64,000 bases of DNA from Octopus vulgaris (Eukaryota): contig OX597814.1 in NCBI GenBank assembly GCA_951406725.2, forward strand, positions 32,736,001 through 32,800,000. Reading direction: 5' to 3'. Positions within the stretch are counted from its first letter, which is position 1. The number at the start of each line of letters is the position of its first letter. The notes beneath the pieces were generated by a model. It did not search any database. It worked only from the letters and a program-made list of their open reading frames with translations, and had not been told where the DNA came from. The position numbers were made by a program, and so were the translations under genes. This document shows positions 13,416 to 26,063 of this stretch, in pieces.

Positions 13416-13897
13416 CTTTTTTAGTTACCACTTCGGTAGTAAGATCAGCCTGCTTTAGACTGGTCCGTCACATGAAAAGGTGGAAGCCTGTAGTGAGCAA
13501 GCTGGGTGCGATTGGCACCAGATAAGTGAGGTCAGGTTAAGAAGCAAAGGTTCTACCTGGATGTTCGGGTGCTTTTTTTCAACCCCACTTCATTGCGGAA
13601 CGAAATTACTTATTCTAAATTTAAAATTTTGATTGCATATTTCATCGATTCCTTTTTTCATCCGATTGATTTGACATTTTTAAAACGTAAAAGCTTCTTC
13701 ACACTTTATGTTTGTTCCCTCTCTGTAATGCCAGTAGGGCAAATCTTTATGAAATAAAGAAGCTTGCTTCCCAATCACATGGTTCCGGGTTCAGTCACAC
13801 TGCGTGGCACCTTGGGTAAGTGTCTTCTACTATAGCCTCGGGCCGATCAAAACGTTGTGAGTTGTTTTGGTAGACGGAAACTGAAAAGAAGCCCGTC

Positions 13898-13963
<66 letters not shown>

Positions 13964-14207
13964 TTCTATACATATATGTGTGTGTATGTGTATATGTTTG
14001 TGTGTCCGTGTTTGTCCCCTCACCATTGCTTGACAGACGATTTTGTTGTGTTTACGTTCCCGTAACTTAGCAGTTCGGCAAAAGAGACCAATAGAATAGT
14101 ACCAGGTTTACAAAGAATAAGTCCTGGCGTTGATTTCTTTGACTAAAGGTGATCCAGCATGGCCGCAGTCAAACGACTGAAACAAATAAAAGAAAGAAAA
14201 AAAGAAA

Positions 14208-14274
<67 letters not shown>

Positions 14275-14558
14275 TATATATGTGTGTGTGTGTGTGCTTG
14301 TATGCATGTTTGTATGTGTTTATATATAAGTATGTATATAATAATAATAGTAGGGAATATTTCTAACCGATATGATATGCGTGTACAGACCCTTTCATTA
14401 CTACTATTTACAAACTATTGTTTATGTACTTTATTGATTTTTAGATTAAGCTTTTTATAGTATACTTATTTTTCCTATACGGTGTGAATAACGTGTTTCA
14501 CTATTGAATTACTTAATAGAGGTTTGTTTTTCTAAATTATATACATATTTATGTATAT

Positions 14559-14592
<34 letters not shown>

Positions 14593-14593
14593 A

Positions 14594-14990
14594 CTAGCAG
14601 TATCGCCCGGCGTTGCTCGGGTTTGTAAGGGAAATAACTATATAAGCATTTTTAGAGAGTTATAGCAAAAAAATAGCAAAAAAATGCATTAGAAATGGAA
14701 AAAAAAATGATGGTAAATTTTTTTTTAAATCGTTGGCTCATCGTAGACATTTTTTGAGAGTTACTTCCCTTTAAAAAAATATGCATGAAAATGGTAAAAA
14801 AATGATGGTAAATTATTTTTAAAATCGTAGACTCATCGTAGACAAGCGCTAATACCCAGAAGGGTTCGATATGAATCACGACTATAAGATACCCGGTTTT
14901 GGTTAAACTGCACCGCAAAATGTGGAAGTAGTTAGGAATCTAAATCGAAGGGGACAGACACTCACACAACTACAGTTTTATATATAAAGA
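14594..14990 (-). mobile_element. Non-autonomous Helitron
   Basis: Minus strand begins TC and ends CTAG, inserted between A and T. Subterminal hairpin cccgagcaacgccggg. Copies at 20209 and 23841. Confidence 0.85.
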
Positions 14991-16633
14991 TATATAAAGT
15001 ATATGTCCAAAGACAAAAAGTGAAGTGACCCATACAATAATTTCCAGTTAATAGTAAATATAAGTCTAATGAAGAAGGTGGACCAAAGAATCTAAGTGAA
15101 AACATTCTGAGGCTTAGCACTTCATAGACAATTCAAAAGCAGAACACTTTCAACACAAATGATTTAGTTCAAATCTATAGCAGGATTTGAACTGAAAGTG
15201 CAGAGAACTGGAAAAATACGATAATCTCCTTTGATATTTATGAAACTTGATATTTGACAGGATCTTGTTCATATGAAGGTATGACTTGACTCACTTCCTT
15301 TCTCAACACATTTCTCCCTCTTTTTTGCTTTCAAGTGATTGTTGGTTCTATGCTAACATCTCTGGAAAATAACAAAATATACTTCAACATTTTCAAGTGG
15401 TGTCATTGTTGTTGAAATGTGTACATTGATGCTTTTATCGTTGATGTTGCTGTTCGTGTTGCTTAACACCAGGTCAACCATGCTGGAGCTGACATATGAT
15501 CAAATGCATTCCATCGGTGACTATCACGTTACTTCAGGAGAAAATAGGATTATATTATCCAATGCGTCCTTTCTTTTCCCAAAACATCATTGTGTGGCTT
15601 GTTGGAGATTTGGTTGTTATTTCTACGTGTACAGATCCTCTCATTAGATAAAGTTCTTGCCAGTGGTGTTTCTGCCGTTGTCCTTCGTACTGTGACTTTC
15701 TTAACCAATTAAAAGGGCATCAGAGTTATAAGGCTGCATGAATGATACCACATCATTCATTGCTGAGATGCGGTCAAAATAATGTTATTAGTAAGAATGA
15801 TAGCGTCTTTGGTAATAATAAAACTAGCCAGAGAGCGGTTAACAACAGCCGTCTGTTAGCCAGTGGCACAGTTGTAGCAAGAAGGGAATATCACCTGTGA
15901 CTTGTAGTCTCACCTGGGTTATATAATCTCAGCTGAGCACGAGCCTACATTTCTTCAATCAAAGTTCTCCAATTCAAATGTATTTTGAAAAATATTTACC
16001 TGGAGATATATTTAGATCAGGCATAAACATTTCGTTCATTGCCAAAGTAGAAGGTTACCACGATGACAAATGCCTTGCAACCTTTGTTAAATAATAATAA
16101 TCTGGAGCACAGATGTGAACAAATGCAAACACAATTTTGGGGAAAAAATCCTTAAGAATTACTAACCTGAAGGTAAAATCGCTTAGAATTCTAGCTGCGC
16201 ATATATATCTACATATGTAACCGAAAATTCGAATCGAACTTCTGAATTAAAGTATGATGACAGAAAAGGTTAACAATTGAAAATATAATATATTTCATTT
16301 TTGTATTTAATCAACAATGTCCTTGTTGAGACAACAGCAAAAGAAGAAATAAAGATAGACTTCTTTTCTATTCCAAAGGAAAACGATTTTATTCACACAA
16401 ATAAACAACCGAAGAGTTTAAAGTACCAGTAATGATAAAGCTGTTGACTGGGAGAACACAAACATGGGTTAAACAGTAAGCTTGGCAGGAAAGAAACGTG
16501 CCTCTAAGCAATACAAAAATAAAAAAAAAATGGAAGGTACAGTTATGTACAGGTTGACGGAAGGAAAGTAGGACAAAAACGGCTTTATCGATCTCATTCT
16601 CACCTGGAATCGATTTTTATAATTTTTTCAAGA

Positions 16634-16750
16634 CTAATACACGCGCTGATACTGTCGGTATCTACAGATCAAATTTGAGCGCAATCGGATGGAGGATGCC
16701 CGAGATCTGAGAAGACACACACACACAGACAGAACGGATTTTATATAATA
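16634..16750 (-). mobile_element. 5' fragment of a related Helitron-like repeat
   Basis: Minus strand tatataaaatccgttctgtctgtgtgtg...aaatttgatctgtagata parallels the 5' end of the Helitron family here. No 3' end found. Confidence 0.4.
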
Positions 16751-16764
16751 TATATATATATATA

Positions 16765-16851
<87 letters not shown>

Positions 16852-17282
16852 AATTGATTTAACTGTCAGAAGTTTGAGTCATTTCCTTAGTAATCATGAT
16901 GATAAAAAATTAGGTGCTAATTTTTTTATTACCAAACTATTAATGAAGAACATAAGAGAACAATGTAGAAGAATATGGAATTCTAGAAAAACAGACAAGC
17001 TACAGATTTTAGACCGATGTAGGGCCTCAGAAATATAATCCAAATCCCGGTATACGTATAATTTGCATCTGAGTTAATGACTGGAACTATAAACTAAAAT
17101 CACTTAATCACTTAATGCATAAAAACATGTCATATATAACTTATATTCGATTAGCTATAGATTTGTGCATAACGTCTCTTATTTCGAACCACATTATATA
17201 CTATATGTAATCCATATGCACATGTCCTTCAAGGTGTAGACTTACACAGAGATGACCGTGGGGCTCATATATATGTAATAAT

Positions 17283-17354
<72 letters not shown>

Positions 17355-17504
17355 TGTGTGTGTGTGCATAAATATTTCTATATTTCTATATGTATATGTA
17401 TACATACGTATGCATATAAATATACATGTACTGTACGCTACTGCGTTCTTTATAGAATATACCATAACTACACACGCACACATACGCACACACACACACA
17501 CACA

Positions 17505-17566
<62 letters not shown>

Positions 17567-18539
17567 CATACATACATTCATACATACATACATGTAGAAG
17601 TACGTATGTATGTATGCATGTATCCGTTATCTGCAACAGAAGCAATATTAGTTTTACATTAAGTATAATACACCGATAGCTGGCTATAAATGTTTATAAA
17701 TGTGTGCACGTGCGTGTGTGCAGGTGTGTGTAAGTGTGTGCAGGTGTGTGTAAGTGTGTGCGTATGCATGTGTGTATGTATATATGTATATATGAACACA
17801 TACTTAGATATTATACGTATACACACGTGTGTGTGTGTGTGTGTGTGTGTGTTTGTGTACGCTTACATAATCGTATGCACACTTCAAAAACCGACTGCGC
17901 GTTAGTGGAAAGAAGGAGGAAGAGGAGAAGGCTGCGGCGGCGGTGATAGTGGTAGTGGTAGTGGTGGTGGTCGTGCATAAAAGGAAAAGGTTGCGAATGA
18001 TGTGAAAGATGTGCAAAAATGAGCGTGACTTTAAGTGCAATTGAATGTCAGCTTCGATTAGGAAATATTGGATGAGAACACATAACTTGGCTTGTTGGTA
18101 GGAAGTCAGGTTGGTAGATTTAGCAAGAACATTCTCTAAGGTTACTACGAACTAATTTAGGTTAAGCCGACTAGGCCTGAGATTTGGTGGAGTAGGTGAG
18201 GCTTTCTCTATTTTCACTTTCTCTTTTAGATATTATTAAATGTACTCTGTTTCGTATTTGTCTCGGGACCTCAAGGGAATAATCATTGAAATGTTTGAGA
18301 AGTTACCCTGCAGTCCAGACAGAACGTTTATAAAAGTAAAGGTTTTTCAGAATAAATGCGAGTATATGTGATAATGAATTTCACTGTAGTTTATTAACTT
18401 TATGCTATATAACAAACAGCGAATAACTTATCTTTCCGTTAGTTCAAAATTTGGGTAGATATTCTGGAGAAAAAGCTCATGTTTTAGATATATGGATAGC
18501 ATGAACTAAACGTTTGGTATAATAAACCACGTGCTTGTG

Positions 18540-19238
18540 CTTACAAATATGTATGTGCATTGATCTGTATGAGTTCGTCACTTTCTCCACGTTCGCTTAT
18601 TATTCCTAGCTGATCTTTGCTGTTGACACCACTAATAACGAACAATATCATCGTTAAAGGTGTGAAATTGTAATGACTTTTTGGACGGTAACTAACGAGG
18701 AATTTTTTCTGTTCGTTGTGCATCTGCTGGAAAACAGTTTCTGATAAAAAAAAAAACAGTTTCAAATACTCACGAAGCGTGTTATTATGATTGATGGATT
18801 CCTTCATTTATATTAATTCCTAATTCATAAATGATTGTATTTATTGTTATGTGAGAAATCGTCATCAAATAACTCGTTCGTGTATGCACCATTAAGGCGC
18901 ATTATTTATTATCACGTAGGCTATTGATAGATAAACTGTTTGACCGTGTTGTGACAGAAGATATAATGAACATTCGCTCAAGACAGAAATATGTTGGTCA
19001 TTGTTAATATTGTGATACTTCTTTCACACATAGTGACTCGCCTTAAAGTGATATGCTTCCGTAAGACGATTTCTGTTTGCGGTTGGACCAAATTTCTGAT
19101 TGCCAGAAGAAAAGTTTAAGTCGTAACAAAGAACACGTTTTTCATATAATTTTGCTTATGTCAAATGAGTCCTCATTACCTGCAAAAATTTCATTTTTAC
19201 CCCACTCGGTGTAATTTACTCCGGTTCGCCGACCCCTG
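18540..19238 (-). mobile_element. Highly degraded hAT (Charlie-like) transposon fragment
   Basis: Terminus caggggtcggcgaac on the minus strand (19224-19238) is hAT-like. The ORF at 18541-18807 has LSETV..M....NSKDQL, weakly resembling hAT LSxxTV...DESTD..QL. Confidence 0.35.
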
Positions 19239-19740
19239 ATATATATTCATGTTTCTGACGAAAAGTATAACGTTTAACGTTTAAAGTTAATATTTCCTTC
19301 AAAATACTTTTCAACAAATTGAATCAAAGAAGTAAGTCCAATATCCGGGATTCATGTCCATTCCTGGCACATGTGAGACTTGCAGAAAGAAGGAAGTAAG
19401 TTATTCGTAGACCGGACACTTCGGTCGGATACTTGCAGCAGAGTATAGTCTAATAAAGTTACTTAACTTCCAGGTGCTGCTATTAAACCAGACGAAATTC
19501 AATGTCACTCAACTAAGAACAGAAACCGGATTTCCATCAGGCTTCCGTACAGTTTTCATGTACCAAATTGAGCTCTGAAAGCTTTAGTCGAATCGAGGCT
19601 ATTGTAGATTCTTGCTCCCGAGACTCCACAAAATGGCATTCAAATGGAAACTATGTAGTTGTGAAATGGACTACTTAACTAATCGGAGATGTGTCAGCCT
19701 TGTTACACTGTAGAATTTTCATTCCGCCGTTTTGAATAAC

Positions 19741-19995
19741 GTCATGTGGTCACGTGATTGACTGGACTAACAAATATTGTAACACATCGCTTTTTACAAT
19801 GCACTTTGCATAATTTAACCTTCGAATAACGCCACCCACCAGGCTAAGCGAACAAGCCAAAATTCTCTGCTGGTCGAAAGGAGGACTGGAGCAACGTGAA
19901 ATCAAGTGCTTTGCTCAAAAACACAACGTGCCGCCCGGTCTGGGACGAACACACCATCGCCAGAACAACAGCCTGACCATTAGGCCACGCGCCTG
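19741..19995 (-). mobile_element. Old SINE family D copy (cacgtga-type tail)
   Basis: Head aggcgcgtggcctaatggtcagg, CORE-like ttgagcaaagcacttgatttc, tail homologous to 31257-31350. Confidence 0.7.
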
Positions 19996-20208
19996 GTATC
20001 AAAGTATAATAACTTACATGTTATTTCAAATAGTAGATGGTTCAGTTAATATAAGAACTGAACATACTTCGTCAACACGAACAGATTACTATAATCTAAT
20101 GAAATATAATATAATATAATATGATATAATATAATAGATGACATAATGTGATATAATATAATATAGTATAATATAATATATGATATAATATAATATGATA
20201 TGATATAA

Positions 20209-20725
20209 TCTATATTTATAAAACTGTAGTTGTGTGAGTGTCTGTCCCCTTCGATTTAGATTCCTAACTCCTCCCACATTTTGCGGTGCAGTTTAACCAA
20301 ATTCGGGTATCATATAGTCGTGATTAATATCGAGCCCGTCTGGCTATTAGCGCGCGTCTACGATGAGTCTACGATTTTAAAAATAATTTAACATCATTTT
20401 TTATTCCATTTTAATGCATAATTTTTCGTGTGTCGATGGCGGCGGAGTTGGCGTCCACGCTCAAACACCTGCACCTGTGTTTGCTTCTCCCCCTTCTTCC
20501 CTCCCTCGTGAAGCTGTGGGGAAGGGAATTTAAGGAAATCAACGTCGTAATGCGTTGTCAAGGAGACCAGCGTTCTTTTAGAACAACGACTTCATGGCTT
20601 GAAGACACCAAAACAGAAATGGCTAAGAAAGCCCGAATTGGCATCTATAAGGGAAGTAACTCTCTAAAAATGGTTATATAGTTATTTCCCTTACAAACCC
20701 GAGCAACGCCGGGCGATACTGCTAG
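20209..20725 (+). mobile_element. Non-autonomous Helitron with an extra internal segment
   Basis: A|TC...CTAG|T termini and 3' hairpin. A ~230-bp segment (~20421-20650) is absent from the other two copies. Confidence 0.88.
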
Positions 20726-20963
20726 TAGAATATATTTGTAAAACATCGTAGTACACTTACAAACGTCAAAATACACAGATTGAAAGGCATGATAAACTGC
20801 TTTAATTGATTTTCAATCTTCATTGATCGATCCCAGAGAAGCGAGTAGCCTGTCGTTTTGTATACATATTAATTGTTTTCACAACAGAGAACTAAAGCTT
20901 TTAATTTACACGCTATAAGTGTTTAACACTCTATTTGTTACCATATATACATACATACATACA

Positions 20964-21034
<71 letters not shown>

Positions 21035-21039
<5 letters not shown>

Positions 21040-21448
21040 TAAATTAGAGATAAAACCACTATTAGGCAAATCAAACAATGAAAAACATAAGCCAATACAT
21101 AAAATTAATTAATTTATATTATTTTAAATATATATCAAAAGTATTAAAAGTTTAATAAAAGATAAACCTCGCTAAAATAAATATTTCAATTAACCTGAAG
21201 ATTGACTGTAACCATAACTCGAATTATTACGAATTGTACAGCCATGAAACGATCGTAGTGTTTTACTCTTTATCTTTTATTAAATTAATTTTATGTATTG
21301 GCTTATGTTTTTCATTGTTTGATTTGCCTAATAGTGGTTTTAATTCTAATTTAATATGATATAATATAACATATTTTACTATAAAATTGGATTTAATCCT
21401 AAATCTGATTTTTCCCTGTAAGTTTGGATTTATTCCCATATATTTTAT

Positions 21449-21452
<4 letters not shown>
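21035..21452 (+). mobile_element. Penelope-like fold-back remnant, family P1, with hammerhead motif
   Basis: Inverted arms ~21035-21110 / ~21283-21357, tail 21361-21450 as in the 4681 copy, flanked by (TA)n. Confidence 0.75.
21192..21260 (+). ncRNA. Minimal type I hammerhead ribozyme motif (degenerate stem I)
   Basis: CTGAAGA (21195-21201), stem II ctgta/tacag, GAAAC-gatc-GTA (21246-21257) with a palindromic stem III loop. Confidence 0.6.
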
Positions 21453-21487
<35 letters not shown>

Positions 21488-21539
21488 ATCCCCTTTGGTC
21501 ATGAATGACCATGGGATTGCATCTAGTAAGTTCCTCTGG

Positions 21540-23137
21540 GTGAATTTTTTTACTGGTCCCCCAAGGAATTCTTTGTCTTGAACATAAATTTGTTGAAAAG
21601 AAAGAAAAGCTTTGTTTAGCCCATGGTTTATTAGGTCATTTCCATCCTCAGCACTTGATTTTGATGTGCAACCATGTGTATCAAAATTTTGCTGTGTATC
21701 AAAATCGTTTTGAAGAGAGCGTTGCAAGTGTCAATTTTCTAGCCATGGATTTGTCACATCATCGTGTTCACTGTCTGAAATCTCCATATCCTCGCAGTCA
21801 GTTCCGTCATTTTCATTTTCCTGATCGTTCGACTCCAAGCAGTTGTCGTCACGGTCAGCACAAAGAAGTTCATTTTTTGCATTGTTCACACACTCCGTCG
21901 TTATGCTGTTGATGTCCGCTTGATCTGGTTCATTCTGGCGGTTCATGGAGAGAAATCCTTATTTTGGCACATTCGAACAACCAGTGGCCACCTCGTAAAA
22001 CAACGCCCTCATTGACGGATCCTTTACAGGAATGAAGTTCTAGGATGAGAGGATGTTGAACATCTTGACAGCCAGGTATTGATGCTTGCATGGTCATCCA
22101 ATTATTTTTTCCTGCATTGTCACACACAGAGAACAATATCCACGATGTAGGTTGTTGAAACATCTGTCACACTTGGAACCATGAACAAGTTCTCACTGTC
22201 AGCAATCCTAACAATTTCGTGTGGATCAATTTTAGATCCAGCCGTGATACCAAGAAGAAATCGAAACTGGAGCACTCTGTCTAGTCTGTCGTTGCAGATA
22301 TCGATGAGCTGCCTTTCATATGTCTCTAGTCTAAAATAAATAAAACTCGTTTTTCGCTGAAGACCACAGGAAAATGCACATGTGGGACTCGGATAGCCAA
22401 AAATACATTAAGAATACAAACACTCTTTCTCTTTTCTCTTTTACTCTTTTACTTGTTTCAGTCATTTGACTGCGGCCATGCTGGAGCACCGCCTTTAGTC
22501 GAGCAAATCGACCCCGGAACTTATTCTTTTTGTAAGCCCAGTACTTATTCTATCGGTCTCTTTTGCCGAACCGCTAAGTAACGGGGACATAAACACACCA
22601 GCATCGGTTGTCAAGCAATGCTAGGGGGATAAACACAGACACACAAACACACACACGCATACATATATATACATATATACGACGGGCTTCTTTCAGTTTC
22701 CGTCTACCAAATCCACTCACAAGGCATTGGTCGGCCCGGGGCTATAGTAGAAGACACTTGCCCAAGATGCCACGCAGTGGGACTGAACCCGGAACCATGT
22801 GGTTGGTTAGCAAGCTACTTACCACACAGCCACTCCTCATAATTTGTATGAATGTATCAACGTATATAAAACCTTCAAGCAGTTTCTGCACTTTCATATT
22901 CGTCAAAAACATTATCTTCGATTGCTATAGTAACTTTGCATTATACGCTAACCAGCGTATATATTCAGTATCGATTATATTGGCATCTGAATCAGAGCAC
23001 GATGCAAGTTGCGCATGGCAATCGGAGGTCGCCATTTTGAATGCCGACCTTTGTTAACTTGAGAACAAAGTCAAGGTGAGCTCTGATTAGCTATATGCAA
23101 ATGAGTCCGGAACTCTAATGAGAAATAAATTTTCGCC
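21540..23137 (-). mobile_element. SWIM-zinc-finger (Mutator/MULE-like) transposon remnant
   Basis: Minus-strand translation across stops and a frameshift: LETYERQLIDICNDRLDR...FMVPSVTDVSTTYIVDIVLCV*QC..G*PCKHQYLAV...NFIP...RALFYEVATG, i.e. a CxC-xn-CxH SWIM pattern, then an acidic tract. Short inverted termini ggtgaattttt / aaattttcgcc. Confidence 0.55.
22423..22837 (-). mobile_element. SINE family A, nested in the SWIM element
   Basis: Near-identical to other young family A copies. Confidence 0.92.
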
Positions 23138-23333
23138 TCCGAGCAAGGTTGTTTGTGGAAGACCAGCAGTCGCCCATGCATATAAGCCTCTCCTCTCCAC
23201 ACCACTGATATTCTCCAAGGGAAAGGTTAAGACCTGACGCTCTAGCCAGTGAGCCATGCGCCTTCACCATATATTACTAAACATTGTGAGTGTATATGTA
23301 CGTATGCGTTTGTGAGCACATCTTTACGGTTCA

Positions 23334-23737
23334 TCATTTACTTGTTTAAATTATTAGACTACGGCCACGCTGGAACACCACATTGATAAATTTTAGTCGA
23401 ACGAGGTACTTATTAATTTTAAGCCCCTTACTTATTCTATAGATCTCTTTTACCGAAACGCTTAGTTACGGGGAAGTATATAAAACAACACCGGCTGACA
23501 GCGGTGTTGGGGGACAAACACAGACACAAAGATATATACAAGGCTACACACATACCCCCCCACACACACATATAAATATGTACGATGGTCTTCTTTCAGT
23601 TTCCGTCTGCCAAATTCACCCACAAGGGATTGGTCGGCTCAAAGCTATAGTAGAAGACACTTATGCAAGGTGCCATACAGTGGCACTGAACCCGAAAACA
23701 TGTGGTTGGGAAGCAAACTTCGTACCATAAAGCCTCG
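23334..23737 (-). mobile_element. Older SINE family A copy
   Basis: Colinear but diverged match to family A. Confidence 0.8.
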
Positions 23738-23840
23738 ATTATGAGAATTATTCACATTCAAAATTGACCATTCTAGCGTGAATATTATCTTCAAACATAT
23801 GAAATAAAGAGTGTTTAATATAAAAAAAAACATGTTTAAA

Positions 23841-24137
23841 TATTTATATATAAAAGTGAAGTTGTGTGTCTGTCTCCTACGATTTAAATTCCTAACTACT
23901 CCCACATTTTGCGGTGCAGTTTAAACAAAACCTGGTATCTTATAGTCGTGATTCATATCGAACCCTTCTGGGTATTAGCGCGCGTCTACGATGAGTCTAC
24001 GATTTTAAAAATAATTTACTATCATTTTTTTTCCATTTTTAATGCATTTTCTTGCTATTTTTTGGCTATAACTCTCTAAAAATGCTTATATAGTTATTTC
24101 CCTTACAAACCCGAGCAACGCCGGGCGATACTGCTAG
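23841..24137 (+). mobile_element. Non-autonomous Helitron (short form)
   Basis: Same 3' hairpin and CTAG|T end as 20209-20725; the 5' TC appears mutated. Confidence 0.85.
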
Positions 24138-24214
24138 TACTCAATAGAATATATATGTAATATAAGTGTATTTGCATCAATCAAATTTCATAGAGAAATG
24201 TATCTAATAACAAA

Positions 24215-24258
<44 letters not shown>

Positions 24259-24262
<4 letters not shown>

Positions 24263-24566
24263 TATTTCGGAATGGTCATATTGCCAGTTTAGCCAATAAA
24301 AACACACGCACTATATATTTGGTGTTATTTTGCTTCAGTGATATTTATTTTTTACATTAATCTTAATCTTATTTCGGCCAAAGTTCTTTCGTCACACTCC
24401 TGTGACCGCATCAGTGGTCCTTTGTTTTCTTCTCAATTACTTGTGTCTCTCCTTACTAACCGTCAGTTTATTGGCTAAACTGGCAATATGACCATTCCGA
24501 AATATAACAATATCTGTTTCAACACACGACTTCACATAAAAAATCTTGCACAACAAATATTTAAAC

Positions 24567-24571
<5 letters not shown>
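24259..24571. mobile_element. Penelope-like fold-back remnant, family P2
   Basis: gttatatttcggaatggtcatattgccagtttagccaataaa (24259-24300) is inverted at ~24467-24508 and followed by a ~60-bp tail. Sits between (TA)n arrays. Confidence 0.72.
24376..24420 (-). ncRNA. Minimal hammerhead ribozyme motif (core variant)
   Basis: Minus strand gacca-CTGATGC-g-gtcaca-ggag-tgtgac-GAAA-gaac-TT-tggcc: stem I cca/tgg, perfect 6-bp stem II, A9 replaced by C. Confidence 0.65.
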
Positions 24572-24614
<43 letters not shown>

Positions 24615-24714
24615 TTTATATGAAAGACAGTAGATTTTCGTTAGTAAGTGTATTTTGAGTAATATATTTATTTCATTCTATTGTATATAACAGAAATGAA
24701 CATTCACGTGTATA

Positions 24715-24772
<58 letters not shown>

Positions 24773-24961
24773 TGTGTGTCAGTGTCAGCGTATGTGTGTG
24801 TGAGCGTGAGTGTGAAATAGTGTGTATGTATTTATGTATCCCATGGATGTATGTGCGCATACACCTGCAATTATCTGTTTGAAAATGCCTGTTATATCAG
24901 TGAGACAGAAAGAAAGAGAGAGAGAGAGTGCGTGTGTGTGTATTTGTGTGTGTGTATGTGT

Positions 24962-24993
<32 letters not shown>

Positions 24994-25698
24994 TTGTGTG
25001 TGCATTGTTTTATACAATATATTTATCAATATCATTCACAGCATTCTTGCCTTCGTTCCTTTACAGTCTACTAATAATAAGGAAATATTGGTGTGAGGAA
25101 GTTGCTCATTCTCCGATTGGTAATAATTCATTAGCTGACAAAAGATTAGCTGGAAGGTGATGTAAATTTACAGGTTTAATCAACTTAGCTTTGCCGACCA
25201 GGGCTTTTTACTCTTCCTTAGGCAGTAAAGTGTAATAACTTAAATACCTAGTGGGTATAAGACAATGAGGTCATTCAAAGTAATTGATATATGAAATGTT
25301 GATTTGTTTTCCGAATGCTTCGCTTGTGAGGAAATTTATATACTGCGACGTAGCTTTTCTTAAAGCTAGCTGAATACTAATACTATTGCAATGAGAAAAT
25401 TGCGATTAGAATAAGTTTCGAGGTTAGGAGTTTTCTATTATTATTTAGAGGAATTCAATTCTGCTGCAACAATTCTCAGAAATAGCTAATACTTTTAATT
25501 TAGACACAATGAAGAATGCGATTTTGCAAGAAGGAAATGGTATTGGGTGAGAGAATAATGCTATTGGCATTTAAAATAATAGTGAATTTTGCCGCAGTTT
25601 AATACAACTTAGAAAAAACACAATCGCGAGTAACTATTAGTAGCTCTTTCGGTTGTTTCTTAAATTGATATATCTCTCCCTCCCTCTCTCTCTCTCTT

Positions 25699-25771
<73 letters not shown>

Positions 25772-25819
25772 TTCTCTCTCTCTCTTTACGCACGCAGACA
25801 CACACACACAACAATATGA

Positions 25820-26015
25820 TCTCTTTGAAAATGTGACAGTTCTGCAGAATTTTTTGTGTGTGGCATGGTTACTCTTGGCAAATGTTTAATATAATGGAAC
25901 CTGGAATGATAAAGAATAATTACATTGTAAATTCTCCACCGCTGAAAATGTGTTAAGACGCTTAGATCAGAAATTTTGAAAGGTGTCTATTGTCTATTTA
26001 CTTCCTGCATGCCTC
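25820..26015. mobile_element. Right-end fragment of the MITE seen at 304-854
   Basis: Shared aaagaataattacattgtaaattct..acc.ctgaa...gcttagatcaga...aaaggtgt.tatttacttcctg. Confidence 0.7.
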
Positions 26016-26023
26016 TGTGTATT

Positions 26024-26059
<36 letters not shown>

Positions 26060-26063
<4 letters not shown>

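Larger units (their letters stand above)
10051..13756 (+). mobile_element. Tx1/L1-clade non-LTR retrotransposon, internally deleted
   Basis: 16-bp TSD with one mismatch (10035-10050 / 13757-13772). ORF1 remnant with a zinc-knuckle-like VEGRKHTCHECGE, RT motif AYVDDISIIV (12802-12831), AKVNKDKT, and zf-RVT-like WQCFRAALP..RCGQDRETVLHAFVDCP. AATAAA at the 3' end. Confidence 0.85.
10016..14208 (+). mobile_element. SINE family A split in two by a Tx1 insertion (head 10016-10050, remainder 13757-14208)
   Basis: Head ataggcgtggctgtgtggtaagaagcttgtttccc stops at 10050. The sequence resumes as aagaagcttgcttcccaatcacatggttccgggttcag at 13757 and continues to the normal tail. Confidence 0.85.
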
